In this document: positions 49,001-61,852 of the stretch, one piece after another
How positions within the stretch are numbered: the first letter of the stretch is position 1
Layout of the letters: every line of letters starts with the position of its first letter
Assembly (NCBI GenBank): GCA_958009085.1
Contig: OY253684.1
Location: 186,001-250,000 of the forward strand
From: Protoeuglena noctilucae
Lineage: Eukaryota
Reading direction: 5' to 3'
DNA: 64,000 nt
Translations under genes and position numbers: made by a program
Notes under the pieces: model-generated
Database searches by the model: none
What the model was told of the DNA's origin: nothing
What the model saw: only the letters and a program-made list of their open reading frames with translations

Positions 49001-50889
49001 TTGCAAAGAGTCACGGCGTCCTCTCATTTCCCCACCCATTGCCCCCGACCCGCAGTGCTTGTCCAGGGCCTGGCGGGGCGGTCGCTGATTGGCGCCGGGG
49101 GTGGGGCCCCAGTGGCGGTTCCCGACCGCGTGCAGGCCTTCGCCTGGGCGTGCGTGGGCAAGATGGCCGTCGCGGACGAGGCCCTGGCCAAGCGCGCCGT
49201 GCCCCTCATCGTCCAGGAGCTGGCCAAGCCCGTTGCCCCCGCCGGTGACTTCCAGCCCAGAGCACTGCGCACGCCGCCTGCACAGGGGGTGCGCTGGAAG
49301 TTGCTGACTCGGCGCCCGTATCCATTCTGGCTCTGCAGTGCGCAACAACATCCTGGTGGTGCTCTGCGACCTATGCACCAAGTACACGGCGCTCGTGGAC
49401 GCGCACATCCCCAAGCTGGTCGCGTGCATGCGGGACGGCAGCGACGTGGTGCGCAAGCAGTCCCTGGCCCTCATGGCGCGCCTCCTCCTGTCGGACTTCG
49501 GTGAGAGGTGCTCGCTTGTGACGGAGCTGTGACCCGCCTCCCCCGCCCCACGGCTGCCCACCGTCCGCACGCCTCGCCCCGCAGTCAAGTGCCGCGGCGC
49601 CATGTTCCACCAGCTCGTGCTGGCGTTGGTGGACCGCGCGGGGGAGGTCCGGGGCATTGCCGAGTACCTGGTCCGGGACACGCTGTCCCAGCGCATGCCC
49701 CTCCTGGCCTACAACCACTTCTTGGAGGCGCTCTTCGTCGCCAACGACTGCCCGGGGCTGATGGAGGAGCACGACGTCGGGCTCAGGCGAGCGACGGGAG
49801 GCCGCTGCCGCTGCTGTGTGCTTGCGCTGTGTCGTCCATGCGCACTCGTCACCCAACAAGGCCCCTCGCGCACTCCCGCGCAGCCAGGGTGCCCGCGCGC
49901 CGTCTCAGGCGTTCGAGGGGCTGGCTGGGTCGTCTGGGGTGGCGGGCGAGGCGGGCGCGGCGCTCCGCCGGCGCATCTACGCCACCCTGCTGCAGTGCAT
50001 GGCCCCGGAGAGCCGCTTCCAAACCATGGCCAAGGTGGTGCAGCAGGTCGTGCAGCGATTCGCGGAGGGGGACCTGCCCCTGGAGGCACCCGCCACGGAC
50101 GTGCTGGCGGACGCCCTCCATGTCCTGGGCTCCCCCGACCTGTACGTGGGGGCCGCGGGAGGCCTCGGGGACGCAGTGGAGGACGCCGAGACGGTGGCGC
50201 AGGTGCATGGCGATGGCGAGGACAGGGCGCGGGTGGGAGAGACACGGCGGGGGTGCAAGATCTCAGGCCACGTGTCCGCCCCTCGCTCGCAGGCTGCGGG
50301 GCACGTCAAGGCGCGGCTGGTGGAGGGCATGATGCGGCGACACCTGCAGGAGGCGGTGGTGCCGGTGCTCTCGGCACTCAAAAGCCGCCTCGAGGCCGCG
50401 CGGCACCCGGCCAGCGCGGACGTGACGGCGTGCGTGGCGTCGCTGGTTCGCAACAGGCGAGCGATGCCGGCACCGGCGCCGCCGGGAGGGGTATGCAGTG
50501 CTGCAGAGGCGCAGAAGCTGACTGCTTGCCGTGTTCCCCCCCGCAGCAAGGCGAACCCGGCGGAGGTCATCTCCGACACGCAGCTGCTGGCGGAGGTGCA
50601 GTTCTGCCTAAAGAAGAAGGCTGGGAATCAGACCAAGAAGGTGCCCGCTGGAAGGGCCGCGGAGGGCCGGGCCGAGAAAGGGGCGGCGAGGGGGCAGGAG
50701 GAGCCGCGCACCCCCGCCCCGACCAAGCGGCGTGCCGAGAGGCGGGTCCCGGCCGGGACCAGCCCTGACACGCCCCTCGCGTCGCAAGTGCTGCGCGAGG
50801 CCGCCGAGGGGACGGTGCGGAGCCCGGGGTCTTCGGACGGGACGCCCTTCACCATGCCCAAGAGCAGGAAGCTGCGTCGCAGGCGGTGA
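46061..50889 (+). CDS. NCAPD3: Condensin II HEAT subunit CAP-D3; spans the N gap
   Basis: RCSDRQASVRARAL, VQAFAWACVGKMAVADEALAKRAVPLIVQEL, and VRNNILVVLCDLCTKYTALVDAHIPKLVACMRD..VVRKQ..DFVK (Cnd1-type HEAT region). Confidence 0.88.
48320..48519. other. Assembly gap (200 N)
   Basis: Run of n characters. Confidence 1.
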
Positions 50890-51335
50890 AACCGCCAGTG
50901 TGGAGCAGCAGAGTGCGGGCCTTTCTGTCCCATAGGCTCCAACCTACTTATACGTTGTCTGTCGCCTATTGCATGCCTAGGACTTGTTGTGCAGCCGTTT
51001 AAACGTCGTTTTGTTGGACGAGTGCTAGGCGTTGTTCCATATTCTTGAGCCACGTGCCGGGATGCCTCCGCCGGCCCCCAAAGGTCTGGGTATGGGGCTG
51101 AAGGCCCGGGATAAGGGCCCCGATGGCGCGAGCACGGCGCTAACTGCAGCGGGAGGCCCCTCGGGACCCGGCCTGCTCCCTGCGCGCCGCAACAAGGCGA
51201 GCGCGGGGGACGAGGCTGACTGCATCGTTCGATTGCGTAGTAGACGCGCCGAGACAGCGCCCCTCGTTTGCCGGCTCGCCGGCAATTCGCAGCATCTCCC
51301 TCACGCAGGCTCCGGTGCGCGCCCGGCCCGCGACG

Positions 51336-52474
51336 ATGGAGGAGAAGCTCAAGGTGCTTGTAGACATTGATATGGGCCAGTTAGCATGCACGATCTCTCG
51401 CGCGGTGCTTGCGGGTCGTGAAATTGGGCGCGTCCTCGCCACGTTGCGCAGATGGAGCTGGGGGACGACGCGGACGTCGCGCGGTGGCTGTCGATCATCC
51501 ACAGCGACGAGAAGGCCAGCATCCCCGATCACGAGGCCTTCTCGGACCCATACATTGGTGAGGGGGCGGCATGCGAGAGGTGGCCCAAAATTTCCCAGTC
51601 GCCGTGCCGATGCGCCCCGAAGCATCCACTGCTACCATATATATCCCCCTTCTGCACAGGCGGTCACGCACGGCCGGCGGCGTTGGAGCTCCTGGAGGCC
51701 AGCTCGTCGGGTGCAGCGTCTGCGATGGATGAAGGAAGCGGGGAGGCGGGGGGGTCGGCGGAGGGGCCTGCAGAGGGGCCTGCAGAGGAGCTGCCGGCGA
51801 AGAAGCCCAAGAGCGCCGAGGACCCTGCGGCGTCCATGCTCCAGGCGTTGGGAGGGGGGGGTGGCGGTGCAGGGGGCTTGATGCAAATGATGCAGAGCCC
51901 AGGGATCCAGCAGATGATGGAGCAGGTCAGTGGGGCTCTGTCACGATGTCAGGTGGCCTGTCATGCGAGTGCCGCGCATCTATAGCTTATAGCTACGGAT
52001 GAGCAAGGAGCGCTTTTCACTGTCGCAGATGATGGGGGGCGGAGGGTTGGGGGGCATGATGGGAGCCGGGAACGGCGCATCTCCCATGCAAGGCTTGCTG
52101 CCCATGATGGGTGGCATGGGTGGCATGGGCGGCATGGGTGCCCAGGGTCCTCCCAAGCCCAAGACGCTTCCGCAGGTTCTCCAGGAGAACTTGCCCCAAG
52201 TGCGGGAACTGCGCGTCTTATCGCGAGTGGTGAAAGGGTTGACATGTCGTATGAAGAGGGGCGCACTGTGCTCAGCAGCTCGATTGCGGTGTGCCGCCCC
52301 TACCCGCAGGAGGACATCCGGCGCTGGATGCAGGTCGTGCTCGCCGACGTGCGGAGCGGGGAGCAGGAGCGGGCGCCCCAGCTGCAGACTGGCAACATGC
52401 GCCAGTTCTCCCCGTCCTACATGATGGGTTTCCCCCCCAAACGCAAGGGCCCTCTGGCGGGGCTCCTTAAGTAG
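51336..52474 (+). CDS. Small protein with two BAG6-like motifs flanking a Met/Gly-rich STI1-like segment
   Basis: RWLSIIHSD..FSDPYIG and RWMQVVLAD..FSPSYMMGFPPKRK, with central LMQMMQSPGIQQMMEQ. Confidence 0.6.
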
Positions 52475-52573
52475 AGCGCGTGCGCCAGCCTTTGAACCAG
52501 AACAAGGTTATAAATGTGGTTTGCGATGCGTCCCCTCCACGCGCAGCCCTGCGCTGCCTGAGCAGCTCACGAA

Positions 52574-55191
52574 ATGCGCGCGACGTTAGTTAAACCCTTT
52601 TCCGCGCGTTGCGACGCCCGTCCTGCGCACGGACGCAATGTCCCGCAACTTACTCGACCACGGCCAGGCAGAAGTGTCAGTCGGCATGCGGGCGCCGGCG
52701 GGGAGCGGCCCCTTTCGCCCCTGGGCCGCGCCCAGCGCGCCGCGCTGACTCTGTATCACTTTGCGTCGGATTTGCTTGCCGGAAGAGTGGACTTAAGAGC
52801 GTGGCTGTGGAGCCAAAGCATTCCAGTGCGTCTGGGGCTCGTCGGGGTCGTGCTATGGTCCCTTGCGAGCGTCGCTGCCACTGTGGCCAAGTACGTGCAT
52901 GCGTGGGGCCCACTGTGCTTCCAAGACCCGACTGCCACGGCGATCTACCACATCCAGCGGACGCTCACGAAGCCGCTGATCGTCAAGTTCGCGGCCGTGA
53001 TGCTCCTTGTGTCGCCGCTGTGGCTGGCAGTAGCCGCGCTATACCGCAGGGTGGCGGGCCGGGACTTGGGCTTTGCTCTGTACAACACGTTCCTCCTCGT
53101 GTTTCAAGTCAATGGCACGGATGATGAGGGGGCCTGGGCCCGCTTGTTCACGGGTGCCGTGTCCATCATAGGCGCCCTCGTGACAGGCGAGCGCGCCTGT
53201 GTTGTTCACGGCATGTCTGGTGTCATCGACCCTCGCAGCTCACGCCCCCGCTGCTGCCCCGTGACCCCAGGAGTCCTCTTGGGTGTGGTGGTCACGGATG
53301 TGGAGAAGGCGGCCAAGAACGTGCTCCAGGGCAACGGCGCGGTCGTGGAGGCAGGGCACGTGCTCCTGCTGCGGTGGACGCCCGAGTCGCTGCCCATGCT
53401 GCGGCAGCTGGCCACGGCCCAGAAGGAGAACCTGGACCGCACCACGGTGGTGGTGCTGGGGGACTTGGACAAAGACGAGCTGGAGGACGCGGTGGCGGAC
53501 TTGCGAAGCGAGTTCCCCGCCTTCAACGTCCTGACGCGCGAGGGGCGATACACGCAGCGGCAGGACCTGGCGCGCGTCGCAGCGGGCACCGCCAGCAAGG
53601 TCATCCTGCTGCTGGACGACAGCCAGGGCGCCGAGCCGCGGGAGGTCGTGCAGCACGTCCTCAGCACGGCCTGGCACATGCAGTCCCTGCGGCCCGCGTG
53701 GCAGGGGGGGCGCACGGACCTCGTCGTGGGATCCCCGTCCGCCGCCGCGAGCCGAGATTGGCAGGCAGTGGCGGGCCAGCGCGGCGAGCCGCAGGTTCGT
53801 GTGGCAGCGGTGGGGGGAATGGGTTCACCCGTCAAGCTGCCTTTATTCCATTTCACATTCGCGACTTCGCAGGGGGTATGCGTTACCTTCATGGACGTCG
53901 AGGAGGACGTGGGCAAGTTGATTGCGCAGGCGGCGGTGCAGCCTGGTCTTTACGACGTGCTCTCCACGCTCGCCAGCCAGGAGCTCAACAGCCCAGAGTT
54001 CTACGTGTGTGACGCCCACCGATTCGTCGGCGCGACCTACCAGTGAGCGGGGTTGTGGCACTGCTCGGTGAGTCTGGAACCGTGTCGCCCGTCTTCATCG
54101 CTTGCGCTGCCCCATCCATGCAGGAGCGCTCGTCGCAGCTGGAGGGGCGGGGTGGTCGTGGACATCTATCGACAAGGCGCAGACAGCCCCCTGATGCTCA
54201 ACCCGCCCGACGACGTCGTCATCCGCCAGGGAGACAGAGTCGTCGTGCTCGCGGAGAATGCGGTGCATGAGCCACCCTCCCAAGAGGCAGTTGCCCTCCG
54301 CTGTGGCATCCGCACGCTTGGCTGCAAGGCGCCTCGCCTGTGTCGTACCCGCAGAGTGGAGACGGGACCCGCGGCGGCCTCGACTTCGACTGGCTCGTCA
54401 ATCGCATCCGCGGGGCCATCATGCGGAGGTCAGACGCACCGCAAGCCGGGGCCTCGACGGGGCTGGTCCGTGCCAAGACCGTGTCCATCACCGTGCTGGG
54501 CCTTCCCAGGCAGGCAGAGGCCGCTCGCAGCCTCATCGCGTCCCTGGGGCTGTGGGCGGCTCCGGGGTCGACTGTGAGGGTCGTGAGCAAGGCGCCCCTC
54601 CCAGCCATGGCGCCGCTGCCGGGCGTGGCCGTCACGAAAGTGGCGGGCGACCCGGGGGACCCCGCTGGGCAGCTGCCGGCCGACTTGCTCCAGTCCGACA
54701 CCATCGTTGTCGCCGTTGGCAGCGTTGGCGACGACACGGAGGTCATCGCCGCTGTCTGGGCAGTCCAGGCGCTCGCGGCGCGGTCCGCGGCCCCGCTCCC
54801 CCATTTGGTCGTGCTCGCGGCATCCCCCGACACCCGCACGACCCTGGAGGAGCTCGTCCCGGGAGCGTCGCTGGACGTCGTGACGCCCAAGGCCCTCTCC
54901 TCGGCCCTCATGGCCCAGGTCGCCTCGGAGCCCAGCCTCAAGCACGTCTTCGACGAGCTCTTTGCAGCCGGAGGCGCAGAGGTGTTCATGGTTTCGCCGG
55001 AGAGCCTCGGGGTCGCTCTCCAGAGGACGTACGACTTTGAGCACCTCGAGGATGCGGCCCGTGAGCGGGGCCTCACCTGCCTCGGTGTCCAGCATCGCGG
55101 ACGCGCACTGCTGGCCCTCGAGAGGCCCTTCCGTCTCGAGGACGGCGACCGCATCATCGTGCTGGGAGATTATCACGACGCAACGCGTTGA
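52574..55191 (+). CDS. CASTOR/POLLUX-family (PEC/POLLUX-like) cation channel with RCK domains
   Basis: Transit-like N-terminus and several hydrophobic helices, then GNGAVVEAGHVLLLRW, QDLARVAAGTASKVILL, KLIAQAAVQPGLYDV, LMAQVASEPSLKHVFDELF and LEDGDRIIVL. Confidence 0.82.
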
Positions 55192-55690
55192 AATTGGCTG
55201 ACGCTTTAGCGTTTCGCCGGCACGTGTGCCAGAGAGAGCTGTCCCATCTGCATCTGGGATGGCGAGACCACGAGCACATGCGCCGATTACTGTAAGTGCG
55301 GCTGCGAGCGCGAAAGAGGCGTCCCGGGGCGAGTTCAGGGCCCGGTCACGTCGTACCTCGTCCCTTCACTGTTGCGAGGCCTTGCGGGCGCCCAGCGAAG
55401 CGATTGGACAGAATGGTGACTGGGCTTGCGGAGTGTTCATATATGCACCGCGCGGTGTCCTCACTCCCGCGAAAGGGTGCCTGCCGATGCGCACGTAGCC
55501 CATCTGCTGGCAGCGCCCCGGGGCCCGCGGGTCGCGGCCGCGCCGCGTCAGATGACACCGTTGGCTTCGGATGTCGACGGGCGTTTGATTCCGACGTGCA
55601 CTTGCCCCGCTCGGCCTCGCGCGGCGTCCGCGGCCCGCTGGAACACGACGCAACCGGCCCCTGCAGGCTACGGCGGTCGCGGGGCCCCCG

Positions 55691-58600
55691 ATGATGATGT
55701 CAGAGGGCGATATGCTGGATCAGGCGCTGAAGACGGTGCGCTACAACGGCTTCCAGATGGAGAAGGTGGGAGATGCGCGCGGGCCGACGTGCCTCTTCCC
55801 AGCCGGGAGCGCACACGGTCGGGGGCCCCCGGACGCCACCCGCTCGTGCCTCCGCGCAGGCCATCGACAGTGACGACCTGGGGGAGGCTCTGCGTTTCAG
55901 CTACTACATGCTTCGGGAGCTTCGGGCGTCGCCCATGTCCCCCCAGCTCTACTACTCGCTCTACATGGAGGCCCTGGAGCGCCTCCGCCCCCTCGAGGCC
56001 TTCTTCGTCGACCTGGCTGGCCGCAGCATGTCGTACACGGACCTCTACGAGCGCGTGCAGCACTGCGGGGCCGTGCTCCCCCGCCTGTACCTGATGTGCA
56101 CGGTGGGGGGGGCGTACCTGCGCTCGGCCGACGCCCAGGACAAGTACGTCATGCGGTGAGGGTCTGCGAGGCGGACGATGGGACAAAGTGCTGTCATGCG
56201 GGTTCCCAAAGCCTGGCCAGCCCCGCCCCGGGTCGCAGGGACATGGCGGAGATGTGCAAGGGCGTGCAGCACCCCCTCCGCGGCCTCTTCCTCCGCAACT
56301 ACCTGCACCACATGACGCGGGACCGCCTCCTGCAGCCGCTGGCTCACGCGGCGGCTCGCGACCCCGTCGATGTGGACCAGGACCTGGACGAGGAGGGAGC
56401 GGGAGAGGACGCGCGCCTGACGGTGGTGAGGGGCGACTGCGGTGTGGCGGAGGGTAACGCACGGGCCGATGCAGCAGCGGCTCGACGTGCTCGCGGTGCC
56501 GTGTGTGCGCAGGTGGACGCCCTCGAGTTCCTGATGCTCAACTTCGTGGAGATGAACAAGCTGTGGGTGCGGATGCAGCAGCAGGTCGGGCCGGGGGACC
56601 TGGCGCGCCGGGAGGCCGAGCGCCGGCAGCTGGAGGACCTGGTGGGGAAGAACCTGCAGGCCATCAGCCAGCTGGACGGCGTGACGCTGGAGATCTACGC
56701 CCGCAGCGTGCTCCCGCGCGTCTTGGACCAGGCGAGTCGGCGCGTGGGGTGGGAGGGTTTGGACAAGAGGCCGAAACTCGCGTTTGCCCAAAGCTGAGTG
56801 ATGGCTGACGGGCTGACGGCAGGCTCTCTCACCTCTCCTGCACCCCGTGCACCCCCTGCAGGTGGTCGCTTGCCAGGACGTGATTGCGCAGCAGTATCTG
56901 ATGGAATGCCTCATCCAGACCTTCCCGGACGAGTTCCACCTGCGCACGCTGTCGACGCTGATGGGCGCCATCCCGAGCCTCCAGCCGGGCATCCGCCTGC
57001 ACGCCGTCATCGGGGGCCTCCTGACGCGCTTGGGCGAGTTCGCCGCCAAGGGGTCGGAGCACCTGCAGCTGTTCCGGGAGGTGGACGCGGCGGTGCAGCT
57101 GGAGCGGGCGTGCAAGGACATCATTGAGGGGCCCATGGGCACGAGCATGCCCGGCGCCGACCTTGTCAAGCTGCACATGGCGCAGCTGCGGTTCACGGCG
57201 TCCATGGCGCCCACGGACACGGCCCGCGCCGAGCGCATCCTGCAGAGCGCCGCCAGCCGCCTGGCGTCGCGCGCCGAGAGCGGCGCCGGCGTGGACGGGG
57301 CCTGCATGGGGGAGGTCGTCGCCCTCCTGCAGGCCGTCGTCGACTGCTACGGCGTCTCGCAGGCCCTCGCCATGGAGCACTTTCTCTCCCTCCGGTAACA
57401 ACACTGCGATGACGGTCAGGGACGCCGCAGCCCGATGCCCATGGCCGCGCCCCTCACGCCTCTCGCGCCCCCGCAGGTCTGTGCTGTCCTTCCCCTGGCA
57501 GTATGACCTCGCCGTGGCATTGGTGGACAATACCCTGCGCATTGGCAAGGAGGTCTTCGGCCTGGAGGCTGCCACGGCTCTCTACGACCTGCTGGCGCCT
57601 CTCATCGCGGACCCACCCGGGCCCAACCTGGGCGGATCGCCAGCCCAGAGCGGCAACGTGGCTCGCGTGTCTCGCGATTCAGGTACCTGGGGGGCGCACG
57701 CGCGGCTGCCTCGCGCCGTCTGACGTGGGTGTGACCCTGTGTGCCGCCCCGGCCACCCCCGCAGCCGCCTACAGCGTGCACGGGGTGCCCTCCCCGCACC
57801 CCATCTCCAGCCCGCGCGTTAGCGCCCCCATCCGCGGCCCCCAGTCGCCCTTCTCCCCCCACGGCTCCGGCCTGGTTTCAGGCGGCTGGGCCCCCCGCCA
57901 GCCCCAGGCCCTCAGCACGCCCTATGCCCCCGGGGGCGGCTTCTTCCGGGGATCCATGGTGGCCGGGTCCCCCGAGTTCCTCGAACAGCAGACCCAGGTC
58001 GCCAAGCTCGCCCACCTCCTCGCTGCCCCCGGTGAGCGCAGTGTCTGTCACCCCACATCGCCCACGGCAACCTACGGATCGCCGTCTGCCTGCTAGTCGG
58101 ACGTTTGAACTTCTGTCGTTACGCAGGGGACGCCCAGCTGCTGGAGGTGTACCGCGTGGCGTTCCGGGCGCTGGTGGAGGGGGGCCCCTCGCGCGTGGGG
58201 GTGACTCTGGAGCCCCTGGCGTTCCTCGGCATGCCCCTGGCCCGCCGCAGCAAGGCGGACAAGGAGCTGTGCCAGGAGGCCTTTTACTTCGTGCTCCAGG
58301 CGAGGCAGGGCTTTGGTCATGGTCGTCTAGCCATGCCACACGGACGTGGCAGCAGCGCACTCGCTGGCAAAGGCGGCCACTTCAATAACTCGATTTCCTT
58401 CTCCGCAGGTGGGCCAGGCCCTCGTGGACGCCCCCTGCCCCGACCAGGGCATGCGCGTCATGCTGCGTGCGGCCGTCGCCGCGTCCCAGGGGGGTGCCCC
58501 CGAGGCCGTCGTCTACACCATGCTCGAGGAGGCGTTCGTGGTGTTCGAGGACCACATCACCGGGCAGCGGATGCGCCTGGAGACTCTGGGGCAGATGGTC

Positions 58601-59205
58601 GGGGCGCTGTGCGCGTGCCCGTCGCTGGTGAGTGTGCAGTGTGGGAATGCGGCCCCCGTTCGTGCTGTGGCTGGCATGCGGCAGACCCACCCGCTCACCC
58701 CTGCTGGCAGGACAAGGACACGAGGGACACGTTCGGGGCCCAGGTGCTGTCCTATGCGGGCCTCTTCCTGAGGCGCGCCGACCAGTGCAAGGCGGCCCTG
58801 ATGGTGTCCCGCGTCTTCTGGTGCGAGCTCGCCAAGAACGGCGCGGGGGTGGCCCGGAGCCTGGAGAGGGCCCTGCGCGCGTGTCAGAGACTGGAGGCGC
58901 AGCAGCTGGGGGCCCGCCGGGAGCACGACACAACCCCGGCCGCGATGTACTGCGCGGGTGCGTGCGAGGGCCGGGGGCGCGAGTGCTTTCAGGCGAAGGG
59001 TGGAGTCCGAGTGCGGCAACTGGCTCTGGCGTCCGCGCCTGCAGTGCTGCAAGCCATGCAGGAGCGCAGGAGCGAGGGGTGCGAGGAGGTCACGGATGCC
59101 ATGGTGTCTGGAGTTGTTGCCCAGGTGGAGGAGGCTCTGCAGTCGGAGCACGTCCAGCGGGACGCAGAGCTGGCGGCCCTGTGCCAGCGCGGTGAGGGGC
59201 CGTGA
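55691..59205 (+). CDS. VPS35: Retromer subunit VPS35
   Basis: ELRASPMSPQLYYSLY, LYERVQHCGAVLPRLYL, CKGVQHPLRGLFLRNYL, NFVEMNKLWVRMQ and AQQYLMECLIQTFPDEFHL. Confidence 0.95.
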
Positions 59206-59494
59206 CGCGGGCTTCGGCCGGAGAGCGGATTGGGTGCAGCCAAGCGTTGCGACCGGTTTCCCATGGTTTCCCATGCTTCTCTTCCGCAGTTGTCAAGATG
59301 GCCAAGTAGTGCGATGGAGTGGGCGCACAAGAGCATATATGTGTTGAAAGCAGCGGCGATAGAGCATGTGTAGACTGTAAACCACGCTAACGCAGGGGGC
59401 GATGTCTGTGACCCCGCGCGTGGCGCTGGACATGCCAGCAAGGGCCGACCTGCCCCACTAACTGACGCCCTGCCCTCATCTGCACCCTGCGTTG

Positions 59495-61852
59495 TCATGA
59501 GCGAAAGTTCTTCAGGTCCCTCAGAAACTCCGTCACAAAGTCCTGGTCGATGAACGACGCTACGTCAGACGCCGCTCCCACCCAGGGCCCCAAGTCGACG
59601 TCATGAAGGGACGGGGGTTCGTCGCCAGCAAAGAGGTTGCTGCGGAGGGGCACACCGAGCGACCATGTGAGACGGAGGTGACAGATCGTGACGGGGCTGT
59701 TGTGGCAGATGGGCAGGGCTCAGACGGGCCACGTCTCATGTGGCGCGTGCCCTCAGCCAGCAGAGCGTAGTGCTGAGGTTCTTCTCGCCTGACCAAAGGA
59801 GGCAGGGCGTCGGGGCTACGCTCGGCGGCAGGACCGGGTGGGCCGTGGGCCGCATCTGGCACAGGAGTCTCGGACGAGGCGGGCAGCAGCGTCCCTGCGC
59901 GTCTCAGAAGGGAAGCATGTCAGGCCTTTCAGCATGGCACTGCGCTCAAGCGGGCAGTGGCGGGCCTGGCTGCCCCACCTACAAAGGGGACGCTTTGTGG
60001 CGGGGGATCCAAGGGCACCACGCGTGTCCTGACGTCTGTCCGAAACTGCTGCACCTCGTGGGCGCCAGGAAGCGTGTCCGGCTCAGCCTACGAGGGAGGT
60101 GGGGGTGGATGCTGGAGTGCGGAGCCCCTACCCATCGGCAAGGCGCATGCCGCATGTCCAGGTGTACCCACGCCCACCTGCGCCACCACCGGCGCCTCCT
60201 TGCGCTTCCCCAGAGCCACGGCCACGGCGTTGGCAGCGTCCCCCTGCTTGGAGAGCTTCTGCAGCGTCCGCCGCGGCCACCGGGGGATGCCCAGGCGCCG
60301 GCAGACCCGCTTGAGCGTCGTGGGCGCCACGCCCAGCTCCGCCGCCGCCTCCTTCAGGCCCAGGTGGAAGTGAGGCTCCAGGTCCTGCATCATCAAGCGC
60401 TTCCCCACGTACCCCGACTCCTTCTCCTCCGCGTTGTCCCCGTCCGCCCCGCCCTCGTCGTGAACCCCTGGCAACGCGCGCTTGCGGGAAGAGGAATTCC
60501 TGGGAGCAAGCCACGAGATCTCTGCCGTCCGCTCACGGCACCGGCACCAACGCACGGCCTGCACGTCCCGTCAGCCGCGCTCGCTGATCACTTGATCGCC
60601 TTCCACAAAAGGCCGCCGTGCGTGCTCCCGTCGGTTGCAGTGTCCACCATGTCGAGCGCCCCGTCTTCCCCCAGGTGCACCTTCCACGACCGCTGGCGCG
60701 TCTCCTTCGCTCTTGCCTCCCCTCCCCCTGCCATGCCCAGGCTCTCCGCCATGCACAGGGCCTTGCGTCGCCCGGCGTCCTCGCCCGAGTCCATGAGGCT
60801 CCTCTGCGCCACGTCCGTCGGCGGTGGGCTGCTGTCCTGGTTCAGCGACGGGCTCGAGAGGTCCTTCGCGAGCCTGAGGCCCATGTGCATGACGGTCGTG
60901 TTTGGGTCGCACGTGCGAAGGCTGTTCTTCTGCAACGCCTCGCTCATCCTCTGAAACACATCGGTGAAGGATAGCTGCCGCTCCATGCTCATGACCTGCG
61001 CATAGCAACACGTGGCCTTTGTTCACATCACGGCCAACGCCAGGGATGCCTCGCTGCCCTGCGCCGCCAGGTCCCGTCGCACCTCGAGGACGGCGAAAGG
61101 CGACGAGGCGTCTTCCGCGTCTCTTGCCTCTATCTCATAAACGGGAATGACCATTGTGGAGTAGATGCTGCAGCGCCGGGCATCCTCCACACGCCCATAG
61201 GTCCTGCGGGCGGATGGCGGCGGCAGTTAAACGAGCGCCGTCCGAGCCAGTCGCAGCACGCCCACCGCGGCAGGATGGCGGTGGCCCTCACGACTTGTCG
61301 TAGCCCTGCACGTTGTGCGTCATCTCCGGCTCGCCCGTGGCCATCACCCGGCCGATGGCACCCATCGTCTGCGACGGGCAGAGTCCAAACCTTCATGCGA
61401 TCAAGGCACGCCGATCGATATCGGTCTCATCAAGTGCTTGCGACTTGCCTCCGGACTGCTGAAGTCCACGGTGAACTTGTATCGGCAAGAGTAGCATCGG
61501 TACAGCGCTAGCATGTCCCCGGAGCCGAGAAGCGCGAAAGGCGTGTCCTTCGTGTGCATGAAAGACGTCCCATGGGCTCCTATCCCGAGCAGCCAGAACT
61601 GGGACGCGAGGCACAAGGGTGGTCCTTGAGCAGTGGTTGAAAGGGCGGGTGCCCAGCCGCCCAGCCGCGCGACATTGCCAGGCGCTTGTCACAGAGATTC
61701 ACGCACCTGACCCAGAAGTCCCGACGACATGTCAATGCAAGACAGGAGCAGGTCCCCAAGAGCGCCTCGAAGGGCAGTGACCTGCGTCGCGACCCCGGGC
61801 AGGAGGCGGGCGGGCAGTGACTTGCAAGGTGACGGACATCGCTACAGTACAT
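59495..61852 (-). CDS. RWP-RK transcription factor of NIT2/NLP type (N-terminal GAF-like region)
   Basis: HFHLGLKEAAAELGVAPTTLKRVCRRLGIPRWPRR. Upstream ASQFW..TKDTPFALLGSGDMLALYRCYSCRYKF resembles the NIT2/NLP N-terminal domain. Start is approximate. Confidence 0.82.

Noticed and set aside
51760..52140. Short tandem repeats (gaggggcctgca; atgggtggc)
   Set aside because: They encode AEGP and MGG low-complexity peptide. There are no spacers, so this is not CRISPR or satellite.
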